Shown: positions 8,978-16,177 of the stretch, in pieces
Layout: each line of letters starts with the position of its first letter
How positions within the stretch are numbered: position 1 is the stretch's first letter
Virus record (IMG/VR): IMGVR_UViG_2030936005_000025
Coordinates: 192,001-256,000 of that record
Direction: 5' to 3' (one strand)
DNA length: 64,000 nucleotides
Source of the DNA: a virus
Taxonomy: Duplodnaviria; Caudoviricetes
Made by a program: the position numbers and the translations under genes
Notes under the pieces: model-generated
Database searches by the model: none
What the model was told of the DNA's origin: nothing
The model's input: only the letters and a program-made list of their open reading frames with translations

Positions 8978-9002
8978 ATTTACATTCACATCTGCCAGTT
9001 AC

Positions 9003-9107
9003 TGCGGTCGTGTCTTCAGAGGCACCGTAAATGTATGATAGTGGATGATTAGTTTCTACCACTGGATATCTTTACAATAGTTAGGTTAAATCCCTAAGGC
9101 CGCGCCA
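9003..9107 (+). ncRNA. tRNA-like RNA 1 (acceptor and T arm, expanded anticodon domain, encoded CCA)
   Basis: GCGGTC/GGCCGC acceptor followed by GCCA; GTGTC/GGCAC arm; GTAAA/TTTAC long arm; TTAGG-TTAAATC-CCTAA T-like arm. Confidence 0.55.
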
Positions 9108-9116
9108 GATTTATAT

Positions 9117-9250
9117 GAGGGTCGTGTCGTGGGACACAAGTTCAGTTATGCTCTAGCGATCTAAGATCGTGAACCCGTTAGCGGTGAAGATAGACAACTC
9201 TACTTCAACTGTACTGAATGATAAGCCGAGTTCGACTCTCGGGATCCTCT
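9117..9250 (+). ncRNA. tRNA-like RNA 2 (acceptor and T arm, expanded multi-hairpin anticodon domain)
   Basis: GAGGGTC/GATCCTC 7-bp acceptor; GTGTC/GACAC arm; TTCAGT/ACTGAA stem; canonical CCGAG-TTCGACT-CTCGG T arm; no encoded CCA. Confidence 0.6.
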
Positions 9251-9323
9251 ATCAACTTCATAATGTCATGAAGATCCGTACCTACCGTTTTGGTTTTTGG
9301 TACCCAATCCATGAGGAAGTAAT

Positions 9324-9647
9324 ATGTCAAATTTAGAAAAAGAGTTAGAATCAAGATATTTCGCTCGCATTCCAGATGTTGGTGAGAGAACTAACAATGA
9401 TCCAGCTTATTTGATGTCAAGTAATGATGTCCTTAAACTGATCAAAGCTATGTACCAGGATGGTTGTGACGCATCTGGCGACAGTCTTGAACCTGAACGT
9501 TTTAAACACCCCATCATTCTGGATCGATCATCGGGTAAAGAAGTTATCACCAGTTATATGGTCCAGGGGATTATCAAAGAAGCCACCGTAAATCACGGAT
9601 GGTCTGATGTTAAGCTTTATGGTAAACAGCTTCTGTTTATTAAGTAA
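9324..9647 (+). CDS. hypothetical protein
   Basis: 107 aa; GAGGA RBS; terminator-like hairpin with T-tract near 9661-9690. Confidence 0.75.
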   Translation: MSNLEKELESRYFARIPDVGERTNNDPAYLMSSNDVLKLIKAMYQDGCDASGDSLEPERFKHPIILDRSSGKEVITSYMVQGIIKEATVNHGWSDVKLYGKQLLFIK

Positions 9648-9709
9648 AATTAAATGAAGAGAGAAGGGGTCGGTTGATCCTTTCTCTTTTTGTTTGTCTG
9701 GAGATATTT

Positions 9710-9820
9710 ATGAGTATCTTAAAGAAGCTCCATAATTGGTTTTATAAAGACATGGTTTATTCTGTTTCTGCCGATGCTTGGTTTTACCAAGAAGGCGCAA
9801 CAGGTGAATGGGTGGATTAA
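9710..9820 (+). CDS. small hypothetical protein (36 aa)
   Basis: GGAGA RBS; MSILKKLHNWFYKDMVYSVSADAWFYQEGATGEWVD; stop abuts next ATG; absent from the ORF track. Confidence 0.5.
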   Translation: MSILKKLHNWFYKDMVYSVSADAWFYQEGATGEWVD

Positions 9821-10060
9821 ATGAAAGATCAGATACCTGAAGGTTTTGTTCCAGATAACTTTAAGTTCATCAGTAACCAACCTCATTTAACAGTCAGTGG
9901 TTTTACTATGGTTAATCCCTTGGCCACCAAACTGTTAGTTGAAGTAGAGCGTCAATTAAAATCACCGCGCAATGCGATGCAAAAGAAAACAAGATCACCT
10001 TTAGATGTTCCTTCTTCTGGAATGTTCTATTGGTCACCTCTCAATTCAGTAGGAAAGTAA
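9821..10060 (+). CDS. hypothetical protein
   Basis: 79 aa; stop abuts the glutaredoxin start. Confidence 0.6.
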   Translation: MKDQIPEGFVPDNFKFISNQPHLTVSGFTMVNPLATKLLVEVERQLKSPRNAMQKKTRSPLDVPSSGMFYWSPLNSVGK

Positions 10061-10315
10061 ATGAAAGTTGTGATTTACGGAAAACCTGCGTGCGTGTTCT
10101 GTACTCGTGCGAAGGACTTAGTTAAGGCCAAAGGAATCGATCATGAGTATGTCGATATCATCGAAACCGGCATGGGTCGTGAAGGCCTGGAAGAAATTGT
10201 GGGAGGTCCTGTTACGACCGTTCCTCAAATCTTTGTCGATAATGTTCATATTGGTGGTTATACTGATCTGGTATCTCACCTTGTCAAGTCTGACGAATCC
10301 GAAGTAAAGGTGTAA
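10061..10315 (+). CDS. grx: glutaredoxin (NrdC/Grx-like)
   Basis: CVFC active site, TVPQIFV cis-Pro motif, HIGGYTDL. Confidence 0.92.
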   Translation: MKVVIYGKPACVFCTRAKDLVKAKGIDHEYVDIIETGMGREGLEEIVGGPVTTVPQIFVDNVHIGGYTDLVSHLVKSDESEVKV

Positions 10316-10317
10316 TT

Positions 10318-10455
10318 ATGGATTTTGATTTGGATGATCTGAACCTTGAAGGTTTGGATGAAGCTGAAGCTCGTAACAATGAGCGCCAGGAAGCGGCTGA
10401 TAAAGCTGCGGCAGCGGTTGGCGATGAAGCTGACTGCGAAGGTTGTAAAATCTAA
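10318..10455 (+). CDS. 45-aa acidic peptide ending in an RNR-alpha-like CxxC tail
   Basis: MDFDLDDLNLEGLDEAEARNNERQEAADKAAAAVGDEADCEGCKI; starts 2 nt after grx stop; absent from the ORF track. Confidence 0.7.
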   Translation: MDFDLDDLNLEGLDEAEARNNERQEAADKAAAAVGDEADCEGCKI

Positions 10456-10481
10456 TTTTGATAAGGCGATAAGTTTTGACC

Positions 10482-10619
10482 ATGAAAAAGAAAAAGACTT
10501 CTTTGAAAGAAAAGATCCGTCGCCAGAATCAGAATGCTGAGAAGACCTTATACCTCGATGGCGCTGGTGATACTTTCACGATGACCAAAACCAAAGACGG
10601 CTATAAGTTAAACGTGTAG
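10482..10619 (+). CDS. small basic hypothetical protein (45 aa)
   Basis: MKKKKTSLKEKIRRQNQNAEKTLYLDGAGDTFTMTKTKDGYKLNV; fills the gap before the next gene; absent from the ORF track. Confidence 0.5.
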   Translation: MKKKKTSLKEKIRRQNQNAEKTLYLDGAGDTFTMTKTKDGYKLNV

Positions 10620-10681
10620 GGTAGCAATACCCTACTCCTATATTTCATCTCCAACCACTACTATGACCGAGAGAGAAGAAT

Positions 10682-11290
10682 ATGAAACTTAAGTTGATTA
10701 CTGTTGATAAACGTACCTACGCAATTAAGACTCGATATATCGAGCTGAATAGTGATGCCAGTGTGCATTACCGCTCCCCTATCACTGGAAAATTCCCAAC
10801 AGGGGATGACGATACAATTACTGATGTGCTCAGGTCAGCTCCACCTACTGCCGTTGCTGTTGTGTATTCTTGTAACAGAGAACCAATCTATATTGAAAAG
10901 CATGACGGTGCGTATGTTATCTCTGAAGCTAAGACCATTGAGATTGTCAATCAGCCAGTGGACTTCGATGATGTTGATTTCTGGGTTAACACCAAAGGCG
11001 AGGAAGAGTGGAAAAAGGTTGGACTAGGATATTACATTGAGTATTCTAGAGTACACCTGAATGACAGTTACCAGGTCGCTCAAAAGGATTTCAATTTAAA
11101 TGAAAAAATGCAAGGGATAGTCCACCTGCCAAACGGTCAACTTGGTAAAGCAGTAAGATGGTATCTCAATGGATCGAGGACTTGGCTTAGAGTCACTGAG
11201 GGGATGAGTGAGGATATTCTTTCTAAACTGACCGTGATCACTATCCTTGATGGAAAAAATCCTAATGACCCAGGGTATAAACTTCCATAA
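10682..11290 (+). CDS. hypothetical protein
   Basis: 202 aa; GAGAGAAG RBS. Confidence 0.75.
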   Translation: MKLKLITVDKRTYAIKTRYIELNSDASVHYRSPITGKFPTGDDDTITDVLRSAPPTAVAVVYSCNREPIYIEKHDGAYVISEAKTIEIVNQPVDFDDVDFWVNTKGEEEWKKVGLGYYIEYSRVHLNDSYQVAQKDFNLNEKMQGIVHLPNGQLGKAVRWYLNGSRTWLRVTEGMSEDILSKLTVITILDGKNPNDPGYKLP

Positions 11291-11291
11291 G

Positions 11292-11299
11292 TATATTAT
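11292..11299 (+). promoter_or_regulatory. putative early promoter (TATATTAT) in front of the long non-coding region
   Basis: Same motif and downstream TAA.T context as the minus-strand early promoters; no credible CDS follows for ~900 nt. Confidence 0.55.
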
Positions 11300-12158
11300 G
11301 TAATTCAATCGAGTGTAACTGATCGCTGTTCTGCGGAATAGTATGGTTTCATCACCCCGTTATATTCGACTGTAAGACCCTCGTTATCCAGGTGTGGGTA
11401 CATAACGAGGGCAGTGTCCGGTGGGTTGCACTACCGGACTAAATCCAAGAGTGAACGGCGGCTTAAGCCCGCTACTGTAAGTAGCTCTTGGTTGGGTGAT
11501 ATTATGTACTTTCACTGCATAATGTCCTCTGGCGGTGGTTGGACTTTTGGCGTTCTTCGCCATTGTCTGACAGATCACCGCACCCCTTTGTACCAGTGGC
11601 TGATATCCAAGTAGAGCTTTAATTATACCTGACGGATAGCGCTCACAGTGTTTCAACCATTGGTACATCCTCTTGAGGATCTTGAACGAAAACCGTAGGG
11701 TAACCGCCGAGCACATTGCGTTGCATTCAAGGCGGCTTAAGCAGGGGACTAGGTAGTCTTCCTGGGTGATATCAAGATCCTCAAACCTACTACTCTCCGT
11801 GATATGGAGTAGACACCCCGTGGTGGGGGCATCGTAACCATCTGATGAGTCCGCGATGAGAAATAAAGAGACGAAACGGGTTCTGTCGTTCGGAGACTCC
11901 AACTCCTGACAGATCCGTCATGAATCGCTCTGCCTTAACTGTGAGGAGCAGCCTCAATCTACGATTCTAGAGGAACAGCAGCGTTACTGAAAGATCCACG
12001 GCAAATGGATCGAAGCAGATAACAAACAGTCCGCTCCCTTTGCCAGGGGAGAAGTTGTTAAAACCAAGAGGTGTAGACAGCCTTTAGATCACCGTGGTAG
12101 TAAAATGGGGTTGCTCCCAGAGTAGCTATCAGAAAGTGGTCTTTAGAGTGGCTATACA
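11300..12158 (+). ncRNA. candidate large (~860 nt) structured non-coding RNA
   Basis: No credible CDS; more than 15 helices including long-range ones; promoter upstream; last helix closes just before the A-run and terminator hairpin. Confidence 0.6.
11812..11887 (+). ncRNA. type III hammerhead-ribozyme-like fold with GUG at the cleavage triplet
   Basis: CTGATGA 11842-11848; stem II GTC/GAC; GAAA 11873-11876; stem III CCCGT/ACGGG plus GACA/TGTC; stem I GTGG/CCAT; position 17 is G11822. Confidence 0.5.
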
Positions 12159-12180
12159 AAAAAAAATAACAGATCGAGAT

Positions 12181-12208
12181 CCTCTACTCTCCTAACGGAG
12201 AGTAGAGG
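12181..12208. terminator. perfect 12-bp hairpin at a convergent junction
   Basis: CCTCTACTCTCC-TAAC-GGAGAGTAGAGG, with A-run at 12158-12167. Confidence 0.75.
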
Positions 12209-12214
12209 TAATCT

Positions 12215-12640
12215 TTATGCTGTCAAATAAAGTTCAGCCCAGATTTTAAATAAACGTTTCATGTCATTTGCGATCAATCCTAATGCCCGTGTATTTTTCA
12301 AGTTACCGGCATACAACCAAAGTTCACACTCAGGTTCACCTACGATCACAATGTCATTGAAATACATGACCAGAGATTTGGATGAGGTAGCAATGAGATC
12401 TTTGCGATTAACTGCAAAGCAGAATTCATTGGATTCAAGAATCACATTGTAGAAATAAGTGAACAGAGCTGCATCAAAACTGTCTGGTTCTAATTCATAA
12501 GTCTCAGCTAACTTAATGCTCTCCTCTTCATTAATAGCTAATTTAGTCAGAGAGTCGTTACCGGTGATAGCAGACAGGTTGCGTTTGAAGATGGTTTCCA
12601 TGATAGCTTTCCTTAATAAGTTAAGAACATTATTGTTCAT
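12215..12640 (-). CDS. hypothetical protein (single-gene early cassette)
   Basis: 141 aa; promoter motif at 12650-12657 upstream, hairpin downstream. Confidence 0.7.
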   Translation of the reverse strand: MNNNVLNLLRKAIMETIFKRNLSAITGNDSLTKLAINEEESIKLAETYELEPDSFDAALFTYFYNVILESNEFCFAVNRKDLIATSSKSLVMYFNDIVIVGEPECELWLYAGNLKNTRALGLIANDMKRLFKIWAELYLTA

Positions 12641-12649
12641 ATTACTTAA

Positions 12650-12657
12650 ATGATATA
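12650..12657 (-). promoter_or_regulatory. putative early promoter (TATATCAT)
   Basis: Recurrent motif, context TTTCAGCCCTATATCATTTAAGT. Confidence 0.5.
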
Positions 12658-12789
12658 GGGCTGAAATCGAATGCAGCTAACACCTGACCTGTTTGATCAT
12701 ATGAGCTCGTTCCATATATGTCCTAGGATGGATAGTATATGAAACATCTTATTAGTTATAATAAGACTATTTCGAAATAGAGGTAACAT

Positions 12790-13644
12790 ATGAGTTTAAG
12801 CAACCCGGTCGATTTTGCTATCGACTATGTGATAAACGGTCCGACCGATATCACGGAATATTTGTTAAAGCTTGCATTCTATAATCCGAACAACGGGTAC
12901 AATGCAATCTGGGGTCCGATGAATGACTCGTTTAGTATCGAGCAAGGTATCCGTGAGAAAGTTGTGAATAAGATGGTCGCTCCTCTACTTAAAGTAGCTG
13001 GCGGTCAAACTGAGATCATTGATCTTTCTGGTGCTCAAATTGAGAACCTGGCGGGTGGTGTTATCTGGGTCAGTGTTCCTGACTTCTTAACCGGTGGCCG
13101 TCGTATTCTGGAAGTCATAGAAGTGTATCCAGGAAACATTAACCGAGCGATTGCTAATGGTTATAACTTTGGTAACTACGCTAACTGTGGTGCCAGTATG
13201 ATGAACAACTCACTGAACCGTTTAATCAGTGGTCTGGATGACGGTAACGTCACCCGTTCATTCAACAGCTTCACCATGGTGGGTCCAAACTCCTTTATCA
13301 TTCGTGATGCAGGTTCAGCCATGTTTAATATGATCGCCAAAGTAATCTTGTCTTATGACGAGAACTTTAGCGGTGTTCCTGTTAAGATGTTTGATAAGTT
13401 TGCTGAACTCGTTGAGTTAGGCACTAAAGCCTACATCTATAAAACGTGTCGCCGTGGTATGCAGGAAGCTGTATCACGTTTCGGTGTAACAGTCGATGAC
13501 GTTCAGGATGATATTCAAGGTTATGCCGATGCTGCTCAGCAATTCAAAGACTTCTATAATGACCGAATGAAGAAGTATATGGCCTACGCTGATGCTAAAG
13601 GTAAGACTGACACTCTTAAAATGATTGTTCCAAGGAAACGATAA
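12790..13644 (+). CDS. conserved phiKZ-like protein, probably virion structural
   Basis: 284 aa; GAGGT RBS; core-gene codon usage. The structural role is inferred from context only. Confidence 0.5.
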   Translation: MSLSNPVDFAIDYVINGPTDITEYLLKLAFYNPNNGYNAIWGPMNDSFSIEQGIREKVVNKMVAPLLKVAGGQTEIIDLSGAQIENLAGGVIWVSVPDFLTGGRRILEVIEVYPGNINRAIANGYNFGNYANCGASMMNNSLNRLISGLDDGNVTRSFNSFTMVGPNSFIIRDAGSAMFNMIAKVILSYDENFSGVPVKMFDKFAELVELGTKAYIYKTCRRGMQEAVSRFGVTVDDVQDDIQGYADAAQQFKDFYNDRMKKYMAYADAKGKTDTLKMIVPRKR

Positions 13645-15116
13645 TGTCTGCATTTCCAAAAGAACCCTCGTTGCTGTCGAGCAACATATATACTGGTCTC
13701 CATCTCGCTGATCAAGAAGAACACGCCCTTTCTGATCAAGAGCTTCGTGAGCTTATTAATGGATTCGAATCCCGCTCTGAACCCCACACGTTATTTGGTC
13801 CGGTATTAAAAGCCAACCTTTATGGCGGCTTGGAATCCTACCTGAATAATAACGAATACGTTGCCGGGATGGAAGCCCTATCCCCTAACTTTAACTACAA
13901 TCGTGATGACGCAGTTAAAGATGTATTCGATGGGTTAGTGGACGATCTCGTTATTAACCAACGTTGGGTATCTACCTTACGTCGTTATGTCTATGGTTTT
14001 GCGACCAAGGACAATGATCACACTGAGTTCTTTGGTTCTCCTTATTTAGGGACACACCGTGTCCTGTTTAAGACCTCAGACCGTGTAACCTTCTTCCGTG
14101 ATATCATTGATGTGGATGAAGTGCGTTTGCGTGATGAGTTGATCAAAACCAAATGGATCAACAAAGACTTCAAAGTGTCATCAGAAGCTTTCAACTTGTC
14201 GATCATTTATTTGATGTACCGCACCTACAATTCCGATCTGCCAAAGAACGTGAAAGAAGATGCACTGATCAACCTGGTGATGTTGTTCCACTACCGTATC
14301 ATGACCTCGATCATGAACCACTATTTTGGTTATCTGGTTAAACCGAGCGTGGCTATTACGGCGTATAACAAGCTCTCCTTGAAGTTCGATATCAAGAAGT
14401 ACGGTTCATGGACTGATCTGTTTAAAGCCCGTGGTGAGTTTATCATTGATCCTCGTACCGGTATTCACTTTGATGCTTTCACAAAGATGGATAATGACAA
14501 GAAGATCGTTTACATGGTGAACGACATGGAGTCTCGTCTTAAAGGTGTGGTGAATGATTACACCAAAGTCCTGTATGAGATCAAAGACTCAGCAGACTTA
14601 GTTGAGACAGATTCTGGCTTGGCAGTCATGGAAGGTGAACTGAATATCAAAGATGTTCAGAAGCGAGAAACCAAATATAAGAATTATATCGCCAACGTCT
14701 TAATGGACTCGAATAGTTTTTATAAACAGGAACTCGCAACTTATGCTGCTAAAGCAATTCCCCGTACTGACGAAGATAAACTGGAAATGATTCTCCGGGA
14801 CTTCCCAAGTCAGTATGCCCACGCTAAAGGTGAGAAGTATCGGGAGTTTGTTGACGACTGCACAACCCACTTGTTCGAATATATCGCAACCAATGCGATT
14901 CGACATCAAGACCTGAAGAACGTGTTCTTTAAGTTACGTGGTGCTTACACCTCAAACAAATCTTCCAATGCGCTACTCCTGAAGCTCAGAACCAACGGTG
15001 ACGAGCTTGTTAAAGCCATGACCGGTATTAAGACGGAAATCAAAATAACGTCTCTACGTACCAGCCTGATGCTTTACATCGTTCTCCGTACTCTTGTTAT
15101 GGAGTCAATGACCTAA
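13644..15116 (+). CDS. conserved phiKZ-like hypothetical protein
   Basis: 490 aa; translationally coupled (TAATG overlap). Confidence 0.6.
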   Translation: MSAFPKEPSLLSSNIYTGLHLADQEEHALSDQELRELINGFESRSEPHTLFGPVLKANLYGGLESYLNNNEYVAGMEALSPNFNYNRDDAVKDVFDGLVDDLVINQRWVSTLRRYVYGFATKDNDHTEFFGSPYLGTHRVLFKTSDRVTFFRDIIDVDEVRLRDELIKTKWINKDFKVSSEAFNLSIIYLMYRTYNSDLPKNVKEDALINLVMLFHYRIMTSIMNHYFGYLVKPSVAITAYNKLSLKFDIKKYGSWTDLFKARGEFIIDPRTGIHFDAFTKMDNDKKIVYMVNDMESRLKGVVNDYTKVLYEIKDSADLVETDSGLAVMEGELNIKDVQKRETKYKNYIANVLMDSNSFYKQELATYAAKAIPRTDEDKLEMILRDFPSQYAHAKGEKYREFVDDCTTHLFEYIATNAIRHQDLKNVFFKLRGAYTSNKSSNALLLKLRTNGDELVKAMTGIKTEIKITSLRTSLMLYIVLRTLVMESMT

Positions 15117-15117
15117 C

Positions 15118-15741
15118 ATGCCATACATTGTGTTTGAAGGACCAGACTTTGCCGGTAAATCAACGTTAACCAAAAAGGTTGCTGACCGTCTGGGCTATCG
15201 CTTGGTTGCTGAACCCTTTACTGAATCGGATAACGCCAAAGAAGTAAAGAAAGCAATCATCAACAATACTTTCAATAAAGAAACAGAAATCTTCTTATTG
15301 GCAGCTAATCGCCTGGAAGCTTTCCGTGATGTCATCACACCTGCTCGTCACGCTACAGGTGTTATCGGTGATCGTTCAGTTGTCAGTACGATGGTGTATC
15401 AGTCTGAAAGAAACGGAACCTGGCGTCAGTTACCCATTCTTGATTTCATGCAGAAAACCCTGCAACAAGAGTGGCACGATATCTACCCTGAACATCTGTT
15501 CTTCCTGGATATCGATCATGACACGTATCTGGAGCGCTTAGCCAATTCGGGTCGTGTGGCTGATGAGAAAGAAAAGGCATTGATGGATCCAGAAAACTGG
15601 ATGCGTCTTAAGGAAGATTATCTTTCTGCTCTTGAGTGGATCTCTTTCCGTAAACCGGAAATCAAGATTCATTTCATCACACCAGAGACCACGGTTGAAG
15701 AGATTGTTTCATTGATCGATCCAACGGTTGCTGTGATCTAA
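15118..15741 (+). CDS. tmk: thymidylate kinase
   Basis: IVFEGPDFAGKST P-loop, AEP motif, GDRSVVSTMVYQ. Confidence 0.9.
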   Translation: MPYIVFEGPDFAGKSTLTKKVADRLGYRLVAEPFTESDNAKEVKKAIINNTFNKETEIFLLAANRLEAFRDVITPARHATGVIGDRSVVSTMVYQSERNGTWRQLPILDFMQKTLQQEWHDIYPEHLFFLDIDHDTYLERLANSGRVADEKEKALMDPENWMRLKEDYLSALEWISFRKPEIKIHFITPETTVEEIVSLIDPTVAVI

Positions 15742-15762
15742 AAAAAAATAAATGATTAAGAC

Positions 15763-15790
15763 CCTCTACTCTCCGTTAGGAGAGTAGAGG
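15763..15790. terminator. perfect 12-bp hairpin, reverse complement of 12181-12208
   Basis: CCTCTACTCTCC-GTTA-GGAGAGTAGAGG between convergent genes, with an A-run upstream. Confidence 0.75.
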
Positions 15791-15796
15791 CGATCT

Positions 15797-16141
15797 TTAT
15801 TTGCTCATGCGTGTTGCAATCATGCCGTTTTCAAACAGCGTCCCAACAAACAGCTCACCTTTTTCAAAAAAGTTATAAAGGTTATCTTTGGTGATGGGAA
15901 GTTTGGTATTAACCAAGTTAATAGTTGTGTAGAACCCACAACTGTTTTCAAAGTAGTTAAAGCGGACTTTGATCAACTGATCAAAAGCCATACCTGAGAT
16001 CCAAGCAGAACCGTTCAAATAACCCACGGTAAGGATCAGGTCTTTATCGGTAATTTTACGGCTTGCGATATAGTTATCAGTATCCAGCCGTGATTCAGGT
16101 TTGACAATAAATTCAAGAAACTTTTTCAGTTCAGCATTCAT
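15797..16141 (-). CDS. hypothetical protein
   Basis: 114 aa in an early cassette. Confidence 0.7.
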   Translation of the reverse strand: MNAELKKFLEFIVKPESRLDTDNYIASRKITDKDLILTVGYLNGSAWISGMAFDQLIKVRFNYFENSCGFYTTINLVNTKLPITKDNLYNFFEKGELFVGTLFENGMIATRMSK

Positions 16142-16177
16142 AAATATTTTCTCTAAGGTTAAAATGGTTTAAATGGA

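Noticed and set aside
9003-9250. tRNA-Sec, tRNA-Ser/Leu or ordinary tRNA calls for the tRNA-like pair
   Set aside because: No 7-nt anticodon loop, no TCA anticodon, and the extra length is in the anticodon arm rather than the variable arm
10346-10540. ORF 10346-10540 (+)
   Set aside because: Overlaps two better-placed small ORFs (10318-10455 and 10482-10619) in other frames
11416-11491. Pistol-ribozyme resemblance (P1 then TAAAT, P2 CCAAGAG/CTCTTGG, TTAAGCCC)
   Set aside because: The conserved GCG after the pseudoknot and the G-U cleavage dinucleotide are missing, and there is an 11-nt insertion; at most a degenerate similarity
11384-11902. ORFs 11384-11902 (-) and 11414-11614 (+) as protein genes
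   Set aside because: Atypical Cys/Ser/Arg-rich composition, no clear RBS, and overlap with a densely base-paired region; better explained as non-coding
11300-12158. RNase P RNA, tmRNA or group I/II intron identity for the large RNA
   Set aside because: CGGCTTA recalls RNase P CR-V but no GAGGAAAGTCC was found; there are no tmRNA-like termini or tag frame, no intron core motifs and no interrupted host gene
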